Origin: Octopus sinensis
Taxonomy: Eukaryota
Assembly (NCBI RefSeq): GCF_006345805.1
Contig: NC_043003.1
Span: forward strand, 82,088,001 to 82,152,000
DNA: 64,000 nucleotides
Direction of reading: 5' to 3'
Of this stretch, positions 52,149 to 64,000 are shown one piece after another. The notes beneath the pieces are model-generated. The model was not told where the DNA came from. It saw only the letters and a list, made by a program, of their open reading frames with translations, and searched no databases. Both the position numbers and the translations under genes were made by a program. Each line of letters starts with the position of its first letter. The stretch's first letter is position 1.

Positions 52149-55100
52149 AAAGTAGTTCTTTTCTAATTACAAAATGAAAAGGCGAAAAAATTTTAGCCAG
52201 ATTTCTTTTTTTTTCAAAGGAATCCGCACAGTCAATAAATGAACTTTTAATGCAAATGCGATGTTTATAGATATGATTATGCAAAACAAGACCTTCAGAC
52301 TGCAAAATGTTTTAGAGAAATGGATATGGAATAAGGTTCTTGGAACTCACAAATACACAACAGACAGTACCAATATGTATCACGTAAACTTGTAGGCTAC
52401 CTAAATAATGACACCCCTGCTAACGTTAGCAGAATAAAAATACTTTGTTTTAATAACTCTGTAAATTTGAATATAAATTCACGTTCTTCTCTGCCTCATC
52501 TGACACGAACTGTGAACCACATTAATTCTTATCAAACACTTATATCTATTTATTTCCATAAATTTCTTTTATTTTATTTTTCTTTTCCAATTCTTGTCAA
52601 ATATAATGAAATTAATGTATTCCTAAAATGCCTTGCACCATTGTCACACGAACTTTGAACACAGTTATGTGAGCAAATATTAAGAGACTAAACGTCATAA
52701 TCGAAACTAAATTAAACGTAAGGAAGAAAATATGGTTTGTCTTTTCTAAAGAAAAATTGTGAACTTTTAGAGAGATTTCTCTCTCTTGTAAAGAAACATG
52801 GTGAGGAACCCAAGTATAAACATGGATGTTTGATGGTAGGTTTGGACGTATGTGTTTATATGTATGTATGTGCCCGCGCATGTGTAAGTAAATTTCAAAT
52901 ATTAATACATATCAAGAAACCAGATTTATTTACAAAAATGTTATTCTATGACATTTCGTTGGGAGAGAATTTTAGATTATTCGTGCTTTACAAGTCTCTC
53001 TCTAATTACGGTTATTATTATCACAATACGATAGGTTGTTTTAGGATCACAGATTGTTTGAAATATAAAACAGCCTATTATAGCTTAAGTGATCAAAAGG
53101 TGATAATAATTATGAATATTAGATTAGAGTTTAAGAGTGTTGGTTAAATATATTGATTTCTTTCTTTTTATTTTTATATAAAACTTAAATGCGCAAGGGA
53201 TGCTGTTTCAATTTTTACATACATGAAAAGATGATTGATAGACGTCACTTTATATGCATTTTACCAAAAAATAAAAACAAAAGACAGGAGAGCGACTCGT
53301 GGTGATTTGTTAAAATTTTTCAACGCAGTCAACCTTCGAACTATTTCAAAATCAATATGCATTTCGTGTAAAATTGTTTGATTTGATAGAGAATAAACTT
53401 TAGAATTCTGCCACTTCTTTGTTGCTGAAGCATTGCTATTAAAGTTGTGTTTGTTTCCTTTATTCCATGTAATTTTTAATTGTATTTCTTTTTATATAAA
53501 ACAGGCTAAAAGTTCGTAACACCAAATTAATATTTTGTTCCGCAGCCGAAAGCTATAGAAATAACTTAATAGGCTTAATTGCTAAAACGTTAAATATCGA
53601 AACAAAAGAGAAAATACAAAAGAAATAAGATTTGTGAATCAGCAACACTTCTAATATGAGAAGAGAAAAAGTGATAGTGGCTTCTGCGACAATTTCAGAG
53701 TAGCAGTTGATACGACTGATTTTCCAATATTCTTTCATATGAAGAAATGGTGTGAAAATTAATTTGATATTAATAAGCTGAGATTCCAGTCTATGTCAAT
53801 ACCAATCAATACTACAATTCGAAATCTGTGACATGCTCCAGTGCTTCTAAGGTGATAATTGCTTGGGCAAAACGTTTCAGAAGCTATTATTCCCATCTTT
53901 AAACTTGGTGACGAAAAAAAATAATGAAAATCTTCGGTAAATAAAACAATAGACTGAAAATAGATCAATCGCGAAATGAAGAAATCATTCGTTCAAATTA
54001 ATTTAAAGATAAATAATTAAACTTGTAGGCAGCAAGTGAGAGAGTGTATTTTGGTGTTGTGTTGTTTTATACCTGAATTGATATAGTCATAAGCCGGTAT
54101 TTTATTCGTTATGATTCTAATGGTCGTTATTTTTCGTTTTATTCTTATTTTTCATTTATGTGTCACCTCTTGTATCTATTTGTGGTGGCTGTCAATTTCG
54201 TGACTGAATAATAAAGAATATCTTCAAAACAAAAACAAAAAAATATTAGATGTTCTTTATAACTAAAAATGTTTGAAAATCGAAGTAGAAAAGTCATTAT
54301 AAAATGCACTGGATAGTCATTAATTGAGCATTTGAAAGTGATATATAAATCTTTTATAAAATTATGAAAACAACACCACTCAACACACACGCGCGCGCGC
54401 GCGCGCGTGTGCACGCACGCGGGCAAACACACAATCATAGATACGCACATATATATACATACATAATTATATATATATGCATTTCATGCATTGAATATAT
54501 TTATACATGCATGCGCCCGTATGTGTGTGTGTGTGTGGCTGTGTGTAACATATATATAAATTATATAATATTTGCACAGATTTCTATACGTTTAGTTATT
54601 GAAAATCCTTTTAATGCTCGGGAATCGTTTACTATATTCAAACACCTTGGACTGTGCAAGGATTTTCCTTATATAATTCTACTCTTCCACCTAGAACTTG
54701 CCAGAGCATTAAGCAATAAAGCACCACTCTCCGAGCTGAAACATTAGCTTCTTATTTCTTATATCTGCTAAATTAGCTCGGCTTTTCGAGCCTATATGAA
54801 TCAAACCAGTTGGTATAGCAATCTGCAATTGTCTAGCAAAAATACACACACTCACACTTTCACACACACATATACACACACTCACACTCATGTACATATG
54901 CACATAAAAATATTTAAAATGCAATTGCTTATTTCTGTGTCACAATTTTATTGTTATTGTTTATGCCGGACCACTCTTGGTTGTGCAACACTTATGATCA
55001 AAAATATTCTAGTTATGATTGCTATAATGTTATACCTCTTAGAACACTTTTCAGAAATGTATGAGTAGAACATTGAAGAACTGAACAGAGATTCACTTAT

Positions 55101-56410
55101 TGGCTTTCTTATTCCTGTATGGTTTATAAATATCTCTGGATTTCAGTGAATGATACTTTTCTGTTAGCTTTTATCTCATGTTACAAGTTAATATTAAAAT
55201 GCGTATTACAAGATTTCTGTGTATTATTTTACTGTACGCAGCATAGGCTAGGATAGAAAACGACATGACCATTCAGTTTTTCAATTTCATTTTCCCTGCC
55301 AATTCGTCCTGCTTCTCTCCCAACATATCTCCACACGCATATACGTACACATATTCCTACGCTCACATTTTTGGGGACACACACACACACATATATATAT
55401 ACCCTTGTCTGTGTACTATCTATGTAATCACGTCTACCTGTGATTGTAAACATGTAAATTAACATTAGCATATAATTGTATAAATAAATAGCTGAATATC
55501 TCTTTGTATTCTTGTCTGATAAAATCTTTGGTATAGTGTTCTGGATAATTAAATTTGGTCATTTTACCTGTCAGTTTTCACTTGTATGATTTCCTACCGT
55601 CAACAATCATTAAATTTCCAATATCTGGTGAATGGACACTCGTTAAAGTCAATATCTGTTAAACTTCTTTTATCGATCAGGATACAGTAAGTGGTGATAT
55701 CTTTCAGTATATTTCTTTCGTTCTACTCCAATGCTGTTTCCTCGAATATTACTTACGCTTCACACAGACGTTAAGTTACCAAGCAATAGCAAGAAATGTT
55801 GGAAACCGTATTTAGTTGTGCTACAAAAGTTCAAATAAGATGCTTTCAACTGAATTGATGCGGGAACAAGAAATTGTACAAACGTAGTTATCGATTTCTT
55901 ACATTGAGTAAAAACAATCTGTGATGAAGATTTCTACATAGAATATTTACGATAGTATGTTTCATAATCTAGCTATTACAGATTCATGGATCGTCAGGGA
56001 TATGATTTAGTTAAACATCAAGAACCTTAGAAATTCCCGAAACAATGAATTTGATGAAAAATGACGAATCCAGGGAATTCCATGAAAATACAAATACACT
56101 TAACACTTAAAAACAGTGATGAAATTTGATAATCGTAGATAATTATCCTAATTGTCATCATACATTCGTCATTGCTTAGGTCATGGTCATTCGCTTAAGT
56201 CTATTATGTGCAATTATTTATCATCACATTTTGAATATCTTCGCTTTAATCGCTTGTAATTGTAAGCATAAATTGAGGGGGTTGTCTACACAACCATTAT
56301 GTTGTGCTTTCAGTTCTATACGACTGAATGTCCCTTTCAGAATGATTATATTCATTTCGAAATCATGTTTCAGTTATAACAGGGAGATACAGATATACGA
56401 AGCACACTTG

Positions 56411-56637
56411 TACGAGTGGGGCGGAGCTGAAAAGCTCACGGCTTTAAGGGTGTCGCGAAAAGCCTAGCTGGAGGCCCAGCAATCCGAGTTCTTTCACAGT
56501 GCTTAGAAAAGCTGAAGAGTCGCTGCAATAAGTAAATCAATCTGAGAGAGGAATGTGTTGAATAAACTCATAATTAACTGATCTTCCTGTATTTTCTTTT
56601 ACTAAAAGCCAGGAACTTTCCAGCTCACCTTCGAATA
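56411..56637 (+). mobile_element. Mariner-derived MITE (about 227 bp)
   Basis: Imperfect TIRs (GAGCTGAAAAGCTCACGGCTTTA versus reverse complement GAGCTGGAAAGTTCCTGGCTTTTA) with TA flanks. The interior retains a transposase C-terminal relic, LEKLKSRCNK*INLREECVE*. Confidence 0.75.
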
Positions 56638-56965
56638 GTAATTTAATTTGATTTACAACTTCATAGATACATTTTTTAAATACAGTGGCATATTAAAAAA
56701 AAAAATATTATTTTCCACTGAAATACAAAACATGTGGCGGTTGTCTACACTGGCAAAAATTATACAGTTGTATAAGTTTGTATGTCGAGGTGAGTTTGCA
56801 CATGTTTGAGTGCCATGGGGAAAAGGAAGACTGTTATTTAGGACTGACTGAGAAGAAAACTGAATTCTTTTCTTCTACGGCAAAGAATTGTTCTCAAATA
56901 TCAGTAATCTATCCAGAGTATACGAAGTTATCCAACAATATGATCGCGATATTTTCTAATAAATA

Positions 56966-57127
56966 GACGGTGGCATGGCTGTGTAGTAAGAAGCTTGCTC
57001 CCCAACCACATGGTTCCGGAGTCAGTCCAACTGCATGGCACCTTGGGTAAGCATCATCTACTATAGCCTGACGTCAACCAAAGATTCGTGAGGGGAATCG
57101 GCAGACGGAAACTGAAAGAAGCCTGTC

Positions 57128-57166
<39 letters not shown>

Positions 57167-57180
57167 CCAGAGACACACAC

Positions 57181-57234
<54 letters not shown>

Positions 57235-57420
57235 GTGCCTGTGTTTGTCCCCCACCGTCTCTTGACAACAGATACTGGTATGCTTACGTCCCCGTAAACT
57301 AGCGGTTCGGCAAAAGAGTACGATAGAATAAGTACTATGCTTACAAAGAATAATTCTTAGTGTCGATTTGTTCAGCTAAAGGTGCTGCTCCAGTATAACC
57401 GCAGTCAATGACTGAAACAA
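56966..57420 (+). mobile_element. SINE family A
   Basis: Head GGCATGGCTGTGTAGTAAGAAGCTTGC...GGTTCCGGAGTCAGTCC. Collinear with 2330-2745. Confidence 0.85.
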
Positions 57421-57820
57421 GGCGTGACTCATAATCTTACAAAACTGATATATGATAAACCTTCTTTACTTTGAAACGAATTAGAAAGGAGTTGTAACTG
57501 AAACAAATTTATAATATATACATGCAAAATAACCAGCGAGGAGGAGAGCTTTTAACAATGCAAAAAGGGACAACTGTGTAACATTTATATTTTTCGGGCA
57601 CACTCAGTTTAGAAATGTGAATTTATATCTACCATCCAGATTGCTAAACGGGCAGTGACGCTATTTTCCCGGCAAATATAATATAGACAGCAGCAGCACT
57701 TCTACAGCAATGAGGTTGACAGGGACTGTAGTAGTCATTGTTAGGATGGTGGTGGATAGCTAGTTGTAGGTTGGCAGCTCTGGTGATTGTCTATACAAGA
57801 CGTTGGTGGTGTTGTCTCAC

Positions 57821-57929
57821 CGGTTGTGGCAGTAGTGGACGTTATGGTTCTGAGAAGCAATATCATCATCGTCGTAGTGATTACATCGGCTGCGGCTGCG
57901 GCTATCATGTAGGCAACAGTACTAACCAT
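57821..57929 (-). CDS. Candidate first coding exon with a hydrophobic, signal-like N-terminus
   Basis: MVSTVAYMIAAAAADVITTTMMILLLRTITSTTATT followed by a phase-1 donor G|GTGAGA. Lies in a GC/CpG-richer unique island. No partner exon was identified. Confidence 0.3.
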
Positions 57930-58264
57930 CGACGCAGTGGTGTTAATATTGAATGTGGCAGCGGCGAAGTTGGCGAAGTTGGCGAAGTTGGGGATATTTT
58001 AGCAGCCACCAGCTGGATTTCGATTGACTATAGATCTTCGGGTCAAGGCAGTGAATAAACAAAGACTCTTTGATTCGAAGATTTCGTAAATTTTCTCTGT
58101 GGGTAGTGTTGGAATGTCTATCTTGTTCGTAGTGTTACTGCATTTAAAAATGTTCATACAGAAGAAAGGCGCGTGTGTTGTTAAGTGTTCCACGTCCGAT
58201 TCAAGGCACGCCTTCAGTTTTCTATACCCACCATTACTGCCAACCTACAGCAAGCCACTCACCA

Positions 58265-58350
58265 CCACCTCCATTTTGACCGCTACACCATTTTGAGATA
58301 AATACCACCGCTATCGCATTCGTTGGATAGTGCAGAGTCTTCCGGTAGTC
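58265..58350 (-). promoter_or_regulatory. Candidate core promoter (ETS-like and two YY1-like motifs)
   Basis: CCGGAAG on the minus strand at 58345-58339; CAAAATGG twice (58278-58271 and 58295-58288); local CpG enrichment across about 57640-58360. Confidence 0.35.
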
Positions 58351-58479
58351 TAAACGGCAGGATAGACATAAACACACATTTGTAAACCGTTTATTATATA
58401 GATATATTAACATAAATTTTGTGCCGAAGTGGAAAAGAAAGAAAAAAGGCTGCTGATTACTTCAATCGTTCTAATTTTG

Positions 58480-58868
58480 GTACAAGGCTAGCATTTTTGA
58501 GAAGAAAGGAAAGTTGATTCTAAGGTTTGACGAGTAATTTATTTTATCGACCCCGAAATTTATGGAAAGGATGGTCGACATCAAAGGGATTTGAATTTAG
58601 AACGAAAAGTGACCGAAGAAATTCTTTCTCTGCATTTTGTCCGACGCGCTAAGTTATTTAATAAATAATATAATTTATATAAATTTCAAATTTTGGTGCA
58701 AACCCATTAAGTCGAATACATCGACCACATTGTTCAACATGTACTAAATTTATCAAAAGGATGGAAAGCTAAGTTGTTCTCGACAGAATTTGAGCTCAAA
58801 ACAAGAAGACGGACGAAATACCGCTAAGCATTTTGCTCGGCGTGCTAACGACTCTGCCCACTCACCGT
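58480..58868 (-). mobile_element. Two tandem diverged SINE family B copies
   Basis: TTTTATCGACCCCGAAA...GGTCGAC...ATTTGAA near 58545, and GAATTTGAGCTC...GACGAAATACCGCTAAGCATTTTGCTCGGCGTGCTAACG near 58790-58850. Confidence 0.7.
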
Positions 58869-60481
58869 CTAAATATAATTAATACCAGTATATGTCTGGT
58901 CCCGTTTATATCAATATATGGTTGTCTTTATACCATGAATTATTTGTATGTAAGTCAACGTCGACCCACGGCAGATTTTGTACGCAACGTATAAATATAA
59001 AATTATATATTCATGGCTATATATTGAATTCAACATTCCACGGTTTCTGCAATCGGATCATAAATATTTGTAGATTGAAATGATCCAGCTTTACATTTTA
59101 TTCTTTTAACTTTTGTCTCGTGATTGACAGAAAATATCTTAACACTCTTAGCTTTTAAATTTCTTATATCTCTCACATATTTACATGCGACAACCATTAG
59201 CTTCAAGGCATTTAAACATTTATTTCATCTCCCATTAAATTATGCCTCGCCTTTTGTCGTTAACAAATAGGAAGGAAGTTAATAAATATCCCTGATTGAT
59301 ACATTTGAATAATGTGAATTCATATTTTCAGGTAACGAAAATATAACATTTTACGATAAGTTGATAAAAGTGTGCAATCTCAATGGAGAATAATTCTTTT
59401 CAGATTAATTATAACTAAGTTACTGTTTCACTAGCTTAGTAAAACATTTTAATACATTTATGATCTATACAAAATAAGATACAAACTGAATTTCACAGTT
59501 AAATTCCATTTACGCGAGCAGAGTCGGGAATAGTCAAGAGCACTGGCGATCGACGATAACAATTAAAAAATGTTAACGTCACTTGAATAGCAAGAATTAC
59601 AAGTTTTGTTTGGGTAGGACTTATTGACATAAGAGATATTATTTTGTACCTTCAAGGATTTTCTTTTGTGCCCTTTATGAAGTCTTAAAACAATTCTATA
59701 CACTTTTGTACTTGCTTTCATTTTAATTCTATCTTATTCTATACATTTACATCATTTTATTTACAAAGATTTTTGTTTCATTTATCTGATTACCCTACAT
59801 AATCAGTCACTTAGTCCTCCGGTATTCTATTTATCTTCACATATGCATGCATTCTGATACCATGTTATTGACTACTTCTGTTAAATCATGAGCATGTAGA
59901 TAAGTGTGATGTTTCATACATAATAATAATAATAAAGTAATATTTTGACACATAATTAAAATAACTGGAATAAATATGGAACATATTTGAAATGAAAGAA
60001 TCTATAATTGAGCGAGTGTATAAATTAAATATACTACAATATTCTGGAGAATGAAGAGTGAAAATGAATCACAGGTATATATTGACAGAGCTGTGTGGTA
60101 AAGAATAATGGAAAACCCTGAAGGCAAAAGAGTATAAGTGGTAATTTCAATTTATACCGTCGCATTTGCTAGCGGAGGCTTATATAAGTGATCTCATTTA
60201 CGCAGTAGCTGTGAAACAAGCATTTGGATGTCGGCGAACTGCTGCAGTTAGAATCAGCCATCACTATGCATATATATAAAGAAAAACACATATGCACACA
60301 TATTTATATACACACGTATATTTACAGGTATGGATATAAATACATATACATATACGTATACATTTATAAATGTTTATGTATATCTTTATCAATGTGTGTG
60401 CCTACATATATGTAAGCACATGTGTTTATAGACGTAATGTTATAATAAAAAACCCAAAGAACTGTGGTTTATATATATATT

Positions 60482-60520
<39 letters not shown>

Positions 60521-60959
60521 ATGTATGTATTCACACACACGTGTGTGTGTGTGTGGGGGGGTCTGTGCATGCGTACTAAGGTTTCAACAAGTAAAACACC
60601 ATCGATCAACTAAGAAAGTAATGTTACAATAAAAACCACAGTTCTTTGGAGTTTTTATTATAACATTACGTCTATCTGTCTGTCGGTATGTATGTATTTT
60701 GTATGTATAGAAAAGGGAAGAATAGAGAAACATTCTCTTGGTTTGCGCAATGTTTACGCCGTCATGAACTCAACTGAAAGACGTACTTTATGATTAACGT
60801 GTGAAGTGACTGAATATTCCGTAGATACATACACTCATCGCAATTTGCGAGAAGATCAGTGTGACACATAATGTGATTCAACGGGTCCTATAAAGATACA
60901 AACCGTTCGACATAATAGATTCTCTTCACTAAATCCCACTGAGAAGGTTTAGTTCCACT

Positions 60960-61200
60960 TTGATCAGACTAGCTGGAACAGGGGTCAGTGGACTTTTTAC
61001 TCCAAATATATTTATTTATGCTGACGTTACCCCTTGATTTAAAAGGAAGAATTTCATAGATTCTTTGAATTCCAGAAGTTTATTGAATCGCTTTATATGA
61101 GTCTATTTACACATCCATTATGTTGGACAGATGCCGTGTTGCCAGAAGAAAATTTTCTGTTGTAACAAAGAACACGATTTGTATGTAATTTTTATTCATG
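60960..61200 (+). mobile_element. Possible CR1/L2-type RT fragment
   Basis: SGLFTPNIFIYADVTP*FKRKN...LNSR resembles G.FP..LK.ADVTP.FKK....NYRP. Short. Confidence 0.3.
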
Positions 61201-61722
61201 TTTGATCAGTCCCCAGAGAGTTCTATTTTCACTCCACTTGAGATAATTTACCCCGGTTTGCCGACCACTGAGCTACAAGGAATTGAGAACACCAACACAG
61301 ATCTTGCATTTCTGATTCAAGCTTGTTAATTATTCACACATACACTAACACCCATACACACACATACATACATATGCATATCAATGATTTGTATTTCCTA
61401 ATTAACGTTGAAATATTGTGAGGACAACACTACCTATGGTGCAATATTCGTTTTGGGAAGGCATCTTGTATAGATATACAATGCTAAGAAGTGCAAAATT
61501 AGCTGCAGATGAAAAATATCCTGCACATACGTAATTACGGGATTTCCGTGTTCTCTGTGTCTTTGTGCGTCATCAGCAATCAAGCATCCATTATCTCCGC
61601 ATAGGAGCCAAATCTCAATTCTGCCCATAGCAAAAAGAACAGTGTCAAATGTAGCTGGGTGACTGGGTAAAATTTAGTTATTAGAGACAGAAGCAGTATT
61701 AGTACCAAACAATAAATTGTAT

Positions 61723-62105
61723 CTATATCTTACTAAACAGGGATATGTCCTCACAACGCAATAAGACAAGATCCTTTAGATACCAAATTAATTTACTAAG
61801 CCCAGTATTGTTACGTTTATTGATATGTCTAAAGGTAGAGTAATGATTAGATATCCTTTTGGAGAATTGAGATGAGGAACTACCTATATGAAAAAAAACG
61901 TCAGAACCGGAAGTAATTTTAGATTGATAAATAGAGTTTTTAGCCTTAGAATTACTAAGGAAACGAATGCGATTTGAATCAACATCAGACACACTAACAC
62001 CGCTGCTATTATTGTTTAAAGAATGGTTAGTGTTAATAAGATCAATGTTATTATTTTCATTAAGTGGATTTGTGATTAACAACATATTATTATGCGAAAA
62101 TTGAC
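61723..62105 (-). mobile_element. PLE GIY-YIG endonuclease fragment
   Basis: KNSIYQSKITSGSDVFFHIGSSSSQFSKRISNHYSTFRH..NNTGLSKLIWYLKD matches VIY...YIG...FK.R..NH..F...T.LSKYIW.LK. C-terminal catalytic residues are absent. Confidence 0.7.
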
Positions 62106-62116
62106 TTGTCGTGCAG

Positions 62117-63003
62117 GCGTTGTCGTGCAGCAGAAGAACTCCATACTTCCGATTAGGTCTTTTCTTGTGAATAGCCGTGTTGAGTTCAGCGTTGACCGTT
62201 GAGATCCCTTCAAGCAATTTCTAATGGATAATCCTTTCCCAGTTCCACCATATGCATAACATCATTTTACGCGGATGAACATTTTGTTTCACGGGCAGTG
62301 TCGCTTGTTTACCGGGACTAAGTCATATTGATGCACAAGCACCATTTTTCGTCGCCAGTAATGATTCGGTAAGGACATCGTTACTTGTGTCCATGAGCTG
62401 AGTGGTGACGAGCCAGCAAACTAGCGGAGATTGTGGCTCGTTGATTTTTGTTGATGTCACTTAAAGCATGCGGGACCCATACTCCATACTTCTGAACCTT
62501 GCCCATCAGGTGAAGATGCTTTTCTATAGCAGTGTGGGAGCATTCAATCTTCTCTGCCAGTCCCCTTGTCGTTTGACGAGAAGTTTTGTGCAAATGTTGC
62601 TTTAATCGCTGTTTATCGAACTCAGCTGGACAGTCAGAACGAGGTGTGTCTTTGAGGTCAGCATTTCTATTTTTGAACTTGGCATACCGATCACGAGCGG
62701 ATCTTTCAGCTATGTGACTCCCACCATACACGGTACAAATGTTGCTGGCAGCTAATGCGGCCTTAGAACCTTGGTTAAAAGCAAAAGGATGGAGTTGTCG
62801 ACAATGCTCGTGTTTCTTAACTTGACATTCCATTTTAATGATCTGAAAATAAGCAAATTTAACTAAAATTAACTAGAAAAATAAGAACAAAATAGATTCT
62901 AAAATTATTCCAAAATATAATTCTCGAAAAATAATAGATTCCAAAATTTAAAAACGCAATAAATTCCAAAATTTAAAATATCTGCAGGAACTTAGTTGCC
63001 AAC

Positions 63004-63007
<4 letters not shown>
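62117..63007 (-). mobile_element. 3'-truncated mariner (mellifera-subfamily-like) transposon
   Basis: 5' TIR TA|TTGGGTTGGCAACTAAGTTCC at 63009-62987. 150 aa HTH ORF MECQVKKHEH...WVPHAL. RIITGDEKW carries the first catalytic D and LLHDNA the second. The third D and the 3' TIR are missing. Confidence 0.92.
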
Positions 63008-63270
<263 letters not shown>

Positions 63271-64000
63271 AGAAATCTAAGTAATAAGTTCGTTATAGAC
63301 ATGTATAATATCAAATCTTATATAAAACACAAATAACAATGATCAAAATAGATAAGTGATGTTAGAAGTTCAAGTTAGAATTCGAATTTTTACTTTCAAC
63401 TTCTCTTTTAACTTTAATTTTTAGTAGTGTTTTACATAAGATTTTATCTTATACATGGCTCTAACGAACTTTTTGCTTCTTATTTCCATATTTGAATTGC
63501 CTGCTTTTGCAGGCTATTGTTTTGATATGCTGAATATTTATTAGAAATATTTCTTTTGGGATTCCCTACGCACGGATATATATTAGTGCGAGTTGAAAAG
63601 AAATATGCTTTACTGTAAGCATGCTCGTACGATTTGCATGCATGTCTCAGTTTTCGGTGTATTGAATATATGCTACAATATAAACCAGTCATGAATATGA
63701 TCGGGTATTCAGTCGAGCTCACATTAGAAAAATCTATCAGTACTATTCTTAATTCCACAACCTTTTTTTAGTAATAATTCTTTGTAATATACAGAAATAT
63801 ATCATGTTTTATGTGAATAGCAAACTTATTACTTCATTGTTCTAATACGTGGAAAATTCCACTCCAAAATCTATGTAAAGATACCTTGATGTAGACCATG
63901 AATTATCACACTTATATAATGTGCTTATATTTAACATTCATAATTTGTTCTTTAAATTTGTCTAGTACATTTCTCTTATGACGTTTTGTTATATTTGTTT

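Noticed and set aside
57738-58058. 106 aa plus-strand Gly/Cys/His-rich ORF as a stand-alone gene
   Set aside because: It starts at TTG, has low complexity and no recognisable domain, and the nearby promoter-like motifs favour the minus strand. Kept only as a note in the island finding.
61543-61576. Minus-strand CTGATGA...GAAA downstream of the GIY-YIG fragment as a hammerhead
   Set aside because: Stem II has only 2 pairs, and stems I and III do not form convincingly.
61417-61755. 11 bp inverted repeat TTGTGAGGACA/TGTCCTCACAA suggesting an inversion or MITE
   Set aside because: Too short, with no TSD or second copy. The apparent continuation of GIY-YIG on the plus strand needs several frameshifts.

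Overview
This is AT-rich eukaryotic DNA dense in microsatellites and transposon relics. The SINE families, the (TA)n/(GATA)n load and the retroelement mix point to an octopod cephalopod genome; that is an inference and no database search was run. I found no intact multi-exon gene that I can name. Well supported elements: a ~3.1 kb Helitron with both termini and a decayed PIF1-type helicase (15745-18829); several Penelope-like element (PLE) relics, including a ~3.5 kb near-complete RT+GIY-YIG copy bracketed by ~110 bp inverted repeats (30604-34085); two mariner transposase relics and a mariner-derived MITE; CR1/L2/Jockey-group and R4/Dong-type LINE fragments; and more than 15 tRNA-derived SINE copies of two families. 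The most notable structure is a 230 bp element inside a (TA)n tract (47481-47710) whose 158 bp palindrome carries a minimal type I hammerhead-ribozyme motif on each strand. A second long palindrome (20850-21099) and a decayed hammerhead motif (21323-21368) suggest related PLE-end-derived elements. Weaker calls: two heavily decayed Toll-like-receptor-like relics, a CpG-rich candidate promoter with first exon near 57.8-58.35 kb, and a few candidate host exons. All protein-family assignments come from motifs recalled from memory and manual translation.
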